A DNA stretch of 64,000 nt from Thermoanaerobaculia bacterium. Lineage in GTDB: Bacteria; Acidobacteriota; Thermoanaerobaculia; Multivoradales; JAGPDF01. The position numbers and the translations under genes are program-made. Each line of letters starts with the position of its first letter. The stretch's first letter is position 1. The notes below the pieces were generated by a model, which did not search any database, was not told the origin of the DNA, and saw only the letters and a program-made list of their open reading frames with translations. Positions 45,584 through 56,495 of this stretch are shown one piece after another. Where the stretch lies: assembly GCA_031403995.1 (NCBI GenBank), contig JANNGS010000012.1, positions 4,999 to 68,998 of the forward strand. The letters are read 5' to 3'.

Positions 45584-47823
45584 AACGGACCGCCTACCTG
45601 GTACTCGCCGCGTCCGCTGCGAGCTTCGCGCTCGCGGAGCTCCTGCCTGCGCTGCCGCTCGGCGGCGTGCGCGGCATGCTGGTCGTGCTGCCGGTCGTCG
45701 CCGCGCTCTTCGCCTCGGTCGGCCGCTCGGCCGGCGGGAACCGCCCGACCGCGGTCGAAGCCGCGCTCTGGGGAGGCTGGATTCTGCTCGCCCTGCAGCA
45801 CCAGGCCCTGGGGATCCCGGGTGCCTCGGAGATCGTCGCCGCCACCGGTCTCGCCCTCGCCGGGGTCCGCACGCTCGCTCTCGCGGTGCGCCTGCGCCGC
45901 CGGATCGAGCAACCTGTCCTCTGGCCGTTCTTCGCTCTGCCGCTGGCGCTCTATCTTTTCGCCTGGCCGTGGACGACCACCGCCCGCCCGCCCGACGGCG
46001 ACGAGCCCTATTACCTGCTGCTGACCCACAGTCTCGCCGAGGACGGGGACGTCGACCTTGCCGACGAGTATCGCGACAAGGCCTGGCGCAACTTCACGAC
46101 GGTGCCGGTCGCACCCCAGCCCGGCGATCCGACGGGAGCGAACGGCGAGATCTACTCGCGGCACAGTGCCCTGCTGCCGCTCGCACTCGCACCGCTCTAT
46201 CGCCTGGCGGGACCTTTCGGCGCGCAACTCGGCATGCTGGCGTTCGCCGCCGCCGCGGCCACCGCTGGACTGGCGGCGGCGCGCTCGCGCTTCCCGGGAA
46301 CACCGCGCGGCGCACTCGCGGCCTGGGCGATTCTCGCCTTCGCCCCGCCGTTGATGCTCTACGCCGGCCAGTTCTGGGTCGAGGTCCCCGCCGCCCTTCT
46401 GGTGGCACTCGTCTGCTGGTCGCTCGCCGTTCTCGACCGCCGGGAGAGCGTGCAAGCGACTTCCACGACCCGCAGTGCGTTTGTCGTCCTCGCCCTGGCG
46501 CTCGTCGCCCTGCCGTTGCTCAAGCTGCGCTTTCTCGCCCTCGCCTTGCCACTCGGCGCGCTCGCCTTCGCGCGTCTGCGCAGCTCCGCGAACCGGCGGC
46601 GCGAGCTCGCTCTCCTCGCCGCTGCGACCCTGCTCGCGCTCGGCCTGTGGAACAACTGGCGGTACGGCAACCCGCTGCGCATGTACGCCGGCAGCGACCT
46701 GGCGATCTTCGGGGTTCCGCTCGGCGCCCAGCTTCGCGGCGGCCTCGGCCTTTTCTTCGACGCCGCCTTTGGACTCTTCGCTCTGGCGCCGATCTGGCTG
46801 CTGCTCGTGCCGGCATTGCATCTCGCGCTGCGCGGCTTCCGCCGACAACCCGGACAGGAGGCGACAGTGCGCTTGGCGGAGGTCGCCGCTTTCCTGCCCT
46901 ACCTGCTGCTCATCGGCATGCGCCGCGAGTGGTACGGCGGTTGGTCACCGCCTTTTCGCTACGGGGTCGTGCTGCTGCCGGCATTGGCGCTGCTGCTGGC
47001 GCCGCTCCTCGCCGCGAAGCGCCCGGCTGCGGGCCTGCGCTGGCTCTGTGCGATCCTCGCCGCGCTCTCGGCCACGGTCGCGCTCGTCTACCTGATGCAT
47101 CCGGCCTGGGCGTACAGTCTCGCCAACGGCTCCAGCCGGTTGCTCGATGAGCTCTCACGCAACTTCGCCGGCGATCTGGTACGGCTCTTCCCTTCGATGG
47201 TGCGGGTGCGGCCGGCGACCTGGATCGTACCGCTCGCCCTCTCTGTGGCGGTGCTCGCCATCGCCATCGCCGGCGGCAAGTTGCGACGATCGCGCGGCGA
47301 TCGCCCGCGGTTCCTCTGGCCCTTCTCGGCGGTCGGACTGCTGCTCCTTTGGGGCGGCCTGCTCGCCGCCGCCCAGCGCCTCCCGACCTCGCGCATCGAG
47401 TTCGAGGACGCCTGGGTGAGCCACCACCGCGGCGCGCTCTTTCCCGAGCGCTGGACGGCCGACCGCACCCGCTTCGACGGTGGCTGGGCGCTCACACACG
47501 GCGGCCAGGTGTCCGCGCGACCGTCCGCCGGCGGCAGCCTCTGCCGTCTCGCGATCCGTCTCCTGCCGGCCGTCGCACCGGAGGCCCCCCTGGCACTCGA
47601 AGTGCGCGCCGCCGAGAGGCTCGTTGCAACCCTGCCTTTGCCGACGACCGGAGCGAGCGCGATGGCGCCAGAGGCGCTTCCCTGGGTGACGCTCGAGGCC
47701 GGTCCATTCGCTCTCGCTGACGGAGAAGAGCTCGCCTTCCGCGCCGTCGGTCTGGCAACCGATGGCGCCGACGGCGCGCGCAGTTTCGTCGTCCTGGATC
47801 GCGCGGATCTCGTCTGGCAATGA
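45580..47823 (+). CDS. GT-C type (ArnT/PMT_2-like) polytopic glycosyltransferase, putative
   Basis: MKRTAYLVLAASAASFALAELL..; more than 10 TM segments. The first-loop motif PPDGDEPYYLLLTHSLAEDGD resembles the DExYY loop of GT39/83-type enzymes. A soluble tail of about 170 aa follows. Confidence 0.55.
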   Translation: MKRTAYLVLAASAASFALAELLPALPLGGVRGMLVVLPVVAALFASVGRSAGGNRPTAVEAALWGGWILLALQHQALGIPGASEIVAATGLALAGVRTLALAVRLRRRIEQPVLWPFFALPLALYLFAWPWTTTARPPDGDEPYYLLLTHSLAEDGDVDLADEYRDKAWRNFTTVPVAPQPGDPTGANGEIYSRHSALLPLALAPLYRLAGPFGAQLGMLAFAAAAATAGLAAARSRFPGTPRGALAAWAILAFAPPLMLYAGQFWVEVPAALLVALVCWSLAVLDRRESVQATSTTRSAFVVLALALVALPLLKLRFLALALPLGALAFARLRSSANRRRELALLAAATLLALGLWNNWRYGNPLRMYAGSDLAIFGVPLGAQLRGGLGLFFDAAFGLFALAPIWLLLVPALHLALRGFRRQPGQEATVRLAEVAAFLPYLLLIGMRREWYGGWSPPFRYGVVLLPALALLLAPLLAAKRPAAGLRWLCAILAALSATVALVYLMHPAWAYSLANGSSRLLDELSRNFAGDLVRLFPSMVRVRPATWIVPLALSVAVLAIAIAGGKLRRSRGDRPRFLWPFSAVGLLLLWGGLLAAAQRLPTSRIEFEDAWVSHHRGALFPERWTADRTRFDGGWALTHGGQVSARPSAGGSLCRLAIRLLPAVAPEAPLALEVRAAERLVATLPLPTTGASAMAPEALPWVTLEAGPFALADGEELAFRAVGLATDGADGARSFVVLDRADLVWQ

Positions 47824-48764
47824 CCGCGCTCTCCGTGATCGTGCCCTCGCTCGGTCAATCGCCCTGGCAGGGGGAGATGCTCGCCGCGCTGCGCGCCGAG
47901 CTCGCCGGACAGCCTGCGGAGCTCATTTGGGTGCACCAGGGCGCCGCACCGGCCCCGGTGCTCTCGGGAGGCCGCGAACATTTCGTGCGGCTCCCGCACG
48001 CCGCCGGATTCGCCGCCGCCGCCAACCTCGGACTGGTGGCGGCCGATTCGACGAGCACTGCCATCGCCATCGTCAACGACGATCTCATCGTCGAGCCGGG
48101 GTGGCTGGTGGCGCTGGTCGGCGAGCTCGACCACCGTCCGCGCGCAGCGGCGGTGCAGGGAGTCCACCTGGAGCTCGCGCGGCCGCAGGTGGTCGAGGGC
48201 TGCGGACTGGGGTGGAATCGCTCCTGGCAGGCGGTTCAGATCGGCGCCGGCGAGCCCCCGCCCGCCGCAACCGCGCCGCCGTTCGAGCTTTTCGGCGTTT
48301 CGGCGACCGCCGCCATCTACCGCCGCGAAGCGCTCGACGCGGTCGCGGGCTTCTTCGACGAGCGCCTGGGCAGTTACTACGAAGACGTCGAGCTCGCCGT
48401 GCGACTACGGGAGGCGGAGTGGGAGAGCTGGTGCGTGCCCGCCGCGCGCGCCCGGCATGCCGGCCAGGCGACGTCCGGGCGGGCGCCGCTCGCGCGCTGG
48501 CGGTCGATCTATCGCAACCGCCTGCTGGTCCTGCGGCGCCTCCTCGGGCGCGAGTTCGCAGCCACACTGCCGCGTCTCGCCGCCCGCGACACCCGGGACC
48601 TCCTACGCGCCGCTGTGCGCCTCGACCTCTCCCGTGCCCTGGGGGTGCTCATCGGCTGGAGCACGGCGGTGCCGCGGCTGGCGGCCTTCTCCCCGGCGCG
48701 CGCGGAGGGAAGCCGCCGCGCACTCGTTGCCGCCGAGCGCTTCCGGATAGGCTCCGCGGCGTGA
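47820..48764 (+). CDS. glycosyltransferase family 2
   Basis: LSVIVPSLG.., IVNDDLIVEPGWL, YYEDVELAVRL (DxD and ED motifs of GT2). ATGA overlap upstream and GTGA overlap downstream. Confidence 0.8.
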   Translation: MTALSVIVPSLGQSPWQGEMLAALRAELAGQPAELIWVHQGAAPAPVLSGGREHFVRLPHAAGFAAAANLGLVAADSTSTAIAIVNDDLIVEPGWLVALVGELDHRPRAAAVQGVHLELARPQVVEGCGLGWNRSWQAVQIGAGEPPPAATAPPFELFGVSATAAIYRREALDAVAGFFDERLGSYYEDVELAVRLREAEWESWCVPAARARHAGQATSGRAPLARWRSIYRNRLLVLRRLLGREFAATLPRLAARDTRDLLRAAVRLDLSRALGVLIGWSTAVPRLAAFSPARAEGSRRALVAAERFRIGSAA

Positions 48765-49756
48765 CGACACCGGAGCTCTCGACCATCGTCGTCGCGTGGC
48801 GCGCGGCCGACGATGTGGCCGAGCTCGTCGCCGCGTGGCCGCGTGACCGGCGCTTCGAGCTCGTCATCGTCGACCAGGACGGGGATCTGCCGCAGCGTCT
48901 CGCAGGGTTGGGAGATCTCGCCGCGACCATCCGGGTGCTCTCGCCCGGCAGGAATCTCGGCTTTGCCGGCGGCTCGAATCTCGGCGCCCACGCAGCCCGC
49001 GCCGAGTACCTGTTCTTCCTCAATCCCGACGCCCGCCCCGAAGCGGGAGCTCTCGAGGCCGTCCGGCTCGCTTTCGACCAGTGGCCGCAGGCCGCCGGCC
49101 TGGTGCCACGGCTGATCGGCTTCGACGGCGCCGAACAGGCGGGTTGGCAGTTGCGCCGCCTGCCGACGCCGCTCGCGCTCCTGGCGCACGCGCTGTTCTG
49201 GAATCCCGGCACCGGAAACGCCGTCGCGCCTGCCGCGGGAGCGCCGATCGAGCAACCGGCGGCAGCGGCGCTCGCGCTGCGGCGCAGTGTCTTCGAAGCC
49301 GTCGACGGTTTCGACGAGCGCTACTTTCCTGCCTGGTTCGAGGATGTCGATCTCGCGCGACGTTTGGCCGATCGCGGCGAACGGCTGCTCTATCTTCCGG
49401 CGGCACTCTGCCGTCATCGCCAGGGAAGCTCGGTCGGCGCATTCGGCTATGGGGCTTTCCTCGCCGCCTACGATCGCAACCTCTGCCGCTACCTCGACCA
49501 GCACCACGGCCACGGCTGGTCGCTGGCGTTTCGCGCCCTGGCCGGGCCGGCCGCTCTGGCCCGCCTGCTCCTCTTGCCGCTGCGCCGGCCGGCGCGCGCC
49601 GCGAGCCGCGCGGAGGCCGCCCGGGCCCTGATCGAGGTCGCCCGCGGCAGCCTCTCGGGCTGGGCCACGGCGCCGCACGGGTCCCGGGAGCACCCGGAGG
49701 TTCCGAAGCCATCGAAGCCATCGGAGCCATCGGAGCCATTGGAGCCATTGGCGTGA
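48761..49756 (+). CDS. glycosyltransferase family 2
   Basis: LSTIVVAWRAADD.., GRNLGFAGGSNLGA, FLNPDARPE, WFEDVDLARRL. Confidence 0.8.
   Translation: MTTPELSTIVVAWRAADDVAELVAAWPRDRRFELVIVDQDGDLPQRLAGLGDLAATIRVLSPGRNLGFAGGSNLGAHAARAEYLFFLNPDARPEAGALEAVRLAFDQWPQAAGLVPRLIGFDGAEQAGWQLRRLPTPLALLAHALFWNPGTGNAVAPAAGAPIEQPAAAALALRRSVFEAVDGFDERYFPAWFEDVDLARRLADRGERLLYLPAALCRHRQGSSVGAFGYGAFLAAYDRNLCRYLDQHHGHGWSLAFRALAGPAALARLLLLPLRRPARAASRAEAARALIEVARGSLSGWATAPHGSREHPEVPKPSKPSEPSEPLEPLA
49705..49749. repeat. 5 x 9-nt tandem repeat at the GT2/GT2 gene junction
   Basis: gaagccatc gaagccatc ggagccatc ggagccatt ggagccatt, encoding KPSKPSEPSEPLEPL at the C-terminus of the 48761-49756 gene. The last GGAG lies 8 nt before the next gene's GTG. 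Confidence 0.9.
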
Positions 49757-50805
49757 GGCCGCTGCCGGTCGCGCTTCTCGTCGTCACGCACGATTCCGCC
49801 GACGACCTGCCCGCGGGTCTCGCCGCCGTCGCACGCCTCGACCCAGCGCCCAGCGAGCTCGTCATCGTCGACTGCGCGAGCGCGGACGCGAGCGTCGCCG
49901 AGGCGCGCCGCGGCGCCCCCGCGACGATTCTGACTCGCGTCGAGGCGCTGTCGCAGAACCTCGGGTTCGCCGGCGGCATGAACCGGGCGATTGCCCTGTC
50001 GACGGCCCCCTACCTGCTCACCCTCAACGCCGACGCGCTTCTCTCGCCCGGCTTTCTCACGCCGCTCGTTTCCCGGCTCGAGGATTCGCGATTCGCGCGG
50101 GTCGCCGCGGTCACCGGGCGTCTCGTGCGCCGCGGACCTGGGCCGGCGACTGGCGGGGCCGGCTCGGCGGGTTCGAACGTCGCGGAGGAATCGCCAGCGT
50201 CGACCCCCCGTCTCGACGCCTGCGGCATGCGGCTGTCGTGGACCTGGCGGCACTTCGATCGCGGATCCGGGGAGCCCGACCGCGGCCAGTACGCCACCGC
50301 AGTGCGGGTCTTCGGCGCCACCGGCGCGGCGACTCTCTGGCGGCGGGAGGCGCTCGCCGACGTCGCGATCGCCGGGCAGATCTTCGACGAGCGCTACCAC
50401 TCCTTCCGCGAGGACGCCGAGCTCGCCTTCAGGCTGCGCGAACGGGGATGGGAGATCCTCTACGAGCCGGCCGCCATGGCCGAGCATCGCCGGCGGGTTC
50501 TGCCCGAACGCCGCTCCGCGCTGCCGCCGGCGGTAAACCTTCATTCCCTCAAGAATCGCTATCTCCTGCGCATCGATCACCAGACGCTGGGCAATTTCTT
50601 CTGGACGCTGCCCGCCACCCTGGCGCGCGATCTCGCGGCGCTCGCCTGGGTGCTCCTGCGCGAACGAAGCTCGCTTCCGGCCTACGCCTGGCTCTGGCGT
50701 CATCGGCGGGAGCTCGTCGCCCACCGCCAGCTCGTCCAGCGCCGGCGCAGCGTGCCGACGCAGGCCATCGGACGCTGGTTTCTACGTCCGGCGGAGCCGC
50801 TGTGA
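49753..50805 (+). CDS. glycosyltransferase family 2
   Basis: VALLVVTHDSADD.., SQNLGFAGGMNRAI, TLNADALLSPGFL, SFREDAELAFRLRERGW. Confidence 0.8.
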   Translation: MRPLPVALLVVTHDSADDLPAGLAAVARLDPAPSELVIVDCASADASVAEARRGAPATILTRVEALSQNLGFAGGMNRAIALSTAPYLLTLNADALLSPGFLTPLVSRLEDSRFARVAAVTGRLVRRGPGPATGGAGSAGSNVAEESPASTPRLDACGMRLSWTWRHFDRGSGEPDRGQYATAVRVFGATGAATLWRREALADVAIAGQIFDERYHSFREDAELAFRLRERGWEILYEPAAMAEHRRRVLPERRSALPPAVNLHSLKNRYLLRIDHQTLGNFFWTLPATLARDLAALAWVLLRERSSLPAYAWLWRHRRELVAHRQLVQRRRSVPTQAIGRWFLRPAEPL

Positions 50806-51965
50806 AGAAGCTGCGGGTGGCGCTCGTCGGCTCACGTGGCATTCCCGGCCGCTACGGGGGTTACGAGACGCTCTTCGCGGAGCTCGCGCCGCGGCTCGTG
50901 GCGCGCGACTTCGAGGTCACGGTCTACTGCCGCACGCCCCGCCGCCGGCCGGGAGAGCGCGCGCCGGCACGCCGCGCGAGCTACCGCGGCGCGCACCTCG
51001 TGCACCTGCCGACGATCCGCACCAAGCACCTCGACACTCCGGTACATTCGTTCGCCTCCTGCCTGCATGCGGTCGGCGAACGCTTCGACGCCGCGCTGGT
51101 CGTAAACTCCGCCAATGCCCTCTTCCTCCCGCTGCTCGCCGCCGCCGGGACGCCCTGTGTCCTGAACGTCGACGGCATCGAGAAGCGCCGCGCCAAGTGG
51201 GGCCCATTCGGGCGTGCTGTCTACGCGCTCTCCGAGCGCCTCGCCTGCTTCCTGCCCGACCTCCTGGTTACCGATGCCGAAGTGATCCGCGCGCACTACC
51301 TCGCGCGCTACGGTGCGCGCTCGCACATCATCACCTACGGCGTCGCCGCGCGCCCGCTCTGGCAGAGCGGAGTCCTGCGCCGCCTCGGGATCGAGAAGCA
51401 GAATTACTTCCTGTACGTTTCGCGCTTCGAACCCGAGAACAATCCCCACCGCGTCGTCGAGGCCTATGGGCGGGTCGGGGGTGAGATCCCGCTCGTGATG
51501 GTCGGAGGCGCCCCCTATGCCAGCGCCTTCATCGCGTCGTTCCGGGGGGCCGCCGATCCGCGGATCCGTTTCCCCGGCCCGATCTACGGCCGCGGCTACC
51601 GCCAACTTCTCTCGCACGCCCTGGTCTACATCCATGCCACCGAGGTCGGCGGCACCCATCCGGCTCTCGTCGAAGCGATGGGCTACGGCAACTGCCTGGT
51701 GGTGAACGACACGCCCGAGAACCGGGAGGTGGCAGGCGACGTCGCGCTCTACTTCCGCGCCGACTCTCCCGCTTCCCTGGCGGCGATTCTCGATCGGCTG
51801 CGCGCCGATCCCGGCGAGGTCGCCCGGCGGGGCCGCGCCGCCGCCGCCCGCGCGGCGGTGCGCTACGACTGGGAAACGATCGCCGATCAGTACGCCCACC
51901 TGCTGCGCGCGGCGGCTGGAGGCATTGCCGGCGCCGCGGCGGGAGAGACGGCAGGGATCGGCTAG
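50802..51965 (+). CDS. glycosyltransferase family 4 (GT-B, DUF1972-type N-terminus)
   Basis: VKKLRVALVGSRGIPGRYGGYETLFAELAPRL and C-terminal EVGGTHPALVEAMGYGNCLVVND (the E-x7-E region of retaining GT4 enzymes). Confidence 0.8.
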   Translation: MKKLRVALVGSRGIPGRYGGYETLFAELAPRLVARDFEVTVYCRTPRRRPGERAPARRASYRGAHLVHLPTIRTKHLDTPVHSFASCLHAVGERFDAALVVNSANALFLPLLAAAGTPCVLNVDGIEKRRAKWGPFGRAVYALSERLACFLPDLLVTDAEVIRAHYLARYGARSHIITYGVAARPLWQSGVLRRLGIEKQNYFLYVSRFEPENNPHRVVEAYGRVGGEIPLVMVGGAPYASAFIASFRGAADPRIRFPGPIYGRGYRQLLSHALVYIHATEVGGTHPALVEAMGYGNCLVVNDTPENREVAGDVALYFRADSPASLAAILDRLRADPGEVARRGRAAAARAAVRYDWETIADQYAHLLRAAAGGIAGAAAGETAGIG

Positions 51966-51984
51966 ACTTCCCGCGGCCCGACCG

Positions 51985-53439
51985 ATGCTCAAGCAGCAAG
52001 CCCGCCTCATCGCCACTCTCGTCTTCCTGCTCGATCTCGTCCTGATCTCGGCGGCGTTTTTCCTCGCCCACGCCCTGCGCAGTCATCTCCTCCCGGCGCT
52101 CGGCGGACGCTGGATTCCCGGCGCGCTCTATCCCGTCGAACGTTATCTGCCCCTCCTGCCTCTGGCGCTCGTGCTCTGGTCGGTGCTCCTGTGGTCGTCG
52201 GGCCGCTATCGTTCGCATCGCACGGTGCCTGTGCTCGACGAAGCGAGCGCGATCGTGCGCATCACCGCCACCGCGTCCATTCTCTTCCTGCTCATCGTTT
52301 GGGCCTTTCGCCTCGACGAGCGGCTACTCGACGACGATCGCCTCAGCCGGATCTGGATCGCCCTCTTCGCCTTTCTCACCGGAGCGCTCCTGCTGTGCGA
52401 GAAACTCGCGCTGCGGGTGAGCTCGCGGTACGTCCGGGCGCACGGCTTCAACTACCGCACGGTCCTGATCGTCGGCGCCAACGAAGCGGCGCGATCGATC
52501 GCCGCCTCGATTCTCGGTCACAGATTCTGGGGTTATCGCGTGGCGGGTTTCGTCGCCGACGACGACGAGCCCATGCCGGACACCCTGGGCGACCTGCCGG
52601 TGCTCGGCCGGGTGAGCGAGATCCGGCGAATCGTCGCAGCACAGGTGATCGACGAAGTGCTCTTCGCCATCGACCGGCGCGACTTCGACCGCTTCGAGGA
52701 CCTCTTTCTCGCCCTGCAGGAGCAGGGCATCATCACCCGTTTCGCGCTCAATTTCTTTCCCCATGCCAAGGCCAGCGTTCAGCTCGAGGACCTGGACGGA
52801 GTTCCCCTGCTCACCTTCTCGACCGGGCCGACGAGCGTCGGCGGGCTGCTCCTCAAGCGGACCCAGGACATCGTGCTCGCGGGCGTTCTCCTGGTGCTGG
52901 CGCTGCCCGTCCTGGCCGCACTGGCCGCGCTCATCCGGCTTTCGTCGAGCGGCGCCGTGCTCTTCCGGCAGACTCGCTGCGGCAGGAACGGGCGCCTCTT
53001 CACGCTCTACAAGTTCCGCACGATGACCGCCGATGCGGAAGGGCGCCGGCGAGAGATCGAGCACTTGAACGAGATGGACGGGCCGGTCTTCAAGGCGAGA
53101 AACGATCCGCGCGTGACCCGCTCTGGCAGGCTCCTGCGCAAGTTCAGCCTCGACGAGCTACCGCAGCTGTGGAACGTTCTGAAGGGCGACATGAGCCTCG
53201 TCGGGCCGCGCCCGCCGATCCCCGAGGAGGTCGCGCAGTACGAGCGCTGGCAACGCCGGCGCCTGGCGATGAAGCCCGGATTGACCTGCCTCTGGCAGAT
53301 TTCGGGGCGCAACGAGCTCGACTTCGAGCAGTGGATGAAGCTCGACCTCGCCTACATCGACAACTGGTCGCCCTGGCTCGACCTCAAGATCCTCTTGCGC
53401 ACCATTCCGGTGGTGCTCTCGGGCAAGGGAGCCTCGTAG
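51985..53439 (+). CDS. polyprenyl glycosylphosphotransferase (WbaP/EpsB-type initiating sugar transferase)
   Basis: N-terminal TM bundle, a CoA-binding-like linker ([14 protein letters not shown]), and the C-terminal bacterial sugar transferase domain ([57 protein letters not shown]). Confidence 0.88.
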   Translation: MLKQQARLIATLVFLLDLVLISAAFFLAHALRSHLLPALGGRWIPGALYPVERYLPLLPLALVLWSVLLWSSGRYRSHRTVPVLDEASAIVRITATASILFLLIVWAFRLDERLLDDDRLSRIWIALFAFLTGALLLCEKLALRVSSRYVRAHGFNYRTVLIVGANEAARSIAASILGHRFWGYRVAGFVADDDEPMPDTLGDLPVLGRVSEIRRIVAAQVIDEVLFAIDRRDFDRFEDLFLALQEQGIITRFALNFFPHAKASVQLEDLDGVPLLTFSTGPTSVGGLLLKRTQDIVLAGVLLVLALPVLAALAALIRLSSSGAVLFRQTRCGRNGRLFTLYKFRTMTADAEGRRREIEHLNEMDGPVFKARNDPRVTRSGRLLRKFSLDELPQLWNVLKGDMSLVGPRPPIPEEVAQYERWQRRRLAMKPGLTCLWQISGRNELDFEQWMKLDLAYIDNWSPWLDLKILLRTIPVVLSGKGAS

Positions 53440-53448
53440 GCTTGGTGG

Positions 53449-55020
<1,572 letters not shown>

Positions 55021-55029
55021 GATCGTGCG

Positions 55030-56085
55030 CTAGCCTTCGCTGCGCCGCCGGCGCGGCAGCTCGCCGGAGAGGAGCTTCAGGGTGGTCGCCACCACCGCGG
55101 TCATCGGTGCGGCGTCGCCCCGGCCGGTGCCGGCGATGGCGAAGGCGGTACCGTGGTCGACTGAGGTGCGGACGAAGGGCAGGCCGAGGGTCCAGTTGGT
55201 GGCGAGGCCGAACGACGCGCTCTTGACCGCGATCAGCCCCTGGTCGTGATAGAGCGCCAGGACCCAATCGAATTCTTCGCGCGCCAAGCGCGCGAAGAGC
55301 GAATCCGCGCTCTCCGGCCCCCGCACATCGATTCCCCGATGCCGTGCTTCGGCGACCGTGGGTACGAGGATCTCCGTCTCCTCGCTGCCGAGCAATCCGC
55401 CCTCGCCGGCGTGCGGATTGATTCCGGCCAGCGCGATGCGGCCACCGGCATGGCGCTCGAGGCAGGCGAGCGCCTCGAGGACGCTCTCCCGGCCGATGCT
55501 GTCGAGCGCCTGGCGCAACGGCATGTGGACCGTGAGCAGCGCTACCTGCATTCCGGGAGCGAGAAACGCCATCAGGTAGTCGCGGCCGTAGCGTTCGAGG
55601 CCGCAGCCGGCAGCGAGATAGTCGGTGTGCCCGACGAAGCCGGGGAGGAGATGGGTGGCGATCGATTCTTTCGAGACCGGCGCCGTGACGAGCGCGTCGA
55701 CGGAACCGGCGCGGGCGAGTGCCATGCCGGCGTCGAGCGCCGCCATGGCGCCGTGCGCATCGGCAGCGCGCGAACGGCCGAGCTCGATCCGGCGTCGGCT
55801 TCCGACCGGGTCGAGTAGGGCGATCTGCCCGGAGAGCCGCGCGAGCGCCGCGCGGTCGGGGGACTGGACCTCGACCAGGCGATCCCATGGGAACTCGGGC
55901 ACGAGCGCCGCAACCGCTTCGAGGGCGGCGCGTTCGGCGATCAGCAGGGTGGAATGGGTCTGGAAATCGGAGGTATCTGAGCCAGCTAAGCCGGCGACGG
56001 TTTGCGCGGCGACACTTCGCAGCAGGATTTCCGGTCCGATTCCCGCCGGATCGCCCTGGGTGAGGGCGAGGATCGGGACGGCCAC
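55030..56085 (-). CDS. pdxA: 4-hydroxythreonine-4-phosphate dehydrogenase
   Basis: ILALTQGDPAGIGPEI, ALVTAPVSKE, GHTDYLA, GINPHAGEGG, YHDQGLI, TSVDHGTAFAIAG. The GTG at 56085 shares 1 nt with the upstream TAG. Confidence 0.9.
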   Translation of the reverse strand: MAVPILALTQGDPAGIGPEILLRSVAAQTVAGLAGSDTSDFQTHSTLLIAERAALEAVAALVPEFPWDRLVEVQSPDRAALARLSGQIALLDPVGSRRRIELGRSRAADAHGAMAALDAGMALARAGSVDALVTAPVSKESIATHLLPGFVGHTDYLAAGCGLERYGRDYLMAFLAPGMQVALLTVHMPLRQALDSIGRESVLEALACLERHAGGRIALAGINPHAGEGGLLGSEETEILVPTVAEARHRGIDVRGPESADSLFARLAREEFDWVLALYHDQGLIAVKSASFGLATNWTLGLPFVRTSVDHGTAFAIAGTGRGDAAPMTAVVATTLKLLSGELPRRRRSEG

Positions 56086-56495
56086 TACTCTTCGCTCGCG
56101 GGCTCGTTCTCGGTCGGCCCGGGCGCTTCGGGGATCGGCCCGCGCTTGCCCGGCGGGGAGCCGGATTCCGAAGCTTCGGCGGTCCTGCGCCGGGTGCGCC
56201 GCAGCTCCTCTTCCTTGAAGAGGTAGCGGATATTGTGCTTCGGGATGAGCAGATTCGGTCCGGCGGGGCGGTTGAGCTTGATGGCGCCCTTGTCGTACCA
56301 CTCGATCCAACCGTGCAACTCCTCGTCGTTGGTCAACACGACGACCATCGGCGTGCGCGCCGACATCTGCTTGAGGTAGTAGAACTCCTCGGCGTTGGTC
56401 TGCTCCGGCGGGGAGAGCTTGCGCCGGGTGACCACGCGCGGCTCGGAGCCGCGCTTCTCGGAAATGTCGGGGCGAATCAACTTGCGCTGGCTCAT
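56085..56495 (-). CDS. Hfq-like Sm-fold protein (divergent), 136 aa
   Basis: [59 protein letters not shown] aligns by eye with E. coli Hfq [51 protein letters not shown] (Sm1, and a KH.I Sm2-like motif). Has a ~40-aa basic N-terminal extension and a Pro/Glu-rich tail. ATGA overlap with the PSP1 gene. Confidence 0.6.
   Translation of the reverse strand: MSQRKLIRPDISEKRGSEPRVVTRRKLSPPEQTNAEEFYYLKQMSARTPMVVVLTNDEELHGWIEWYDKGAIKLNRPAGPNLLIPKHNIRYLFKEEELRRTRRRTAEASESGSPPGKRGPIPEAPGPTENEPASEE

Noticed and set aside
47762-49756. 664-aa ORF 47762..49756 as a single glycosyltransferase
   Set aside because: Its first ~330 codons are an out-of-frame shadow of the 47820-48764 GT2 gene. GT2 motifs in this frame only begin after the GTG at 48761.
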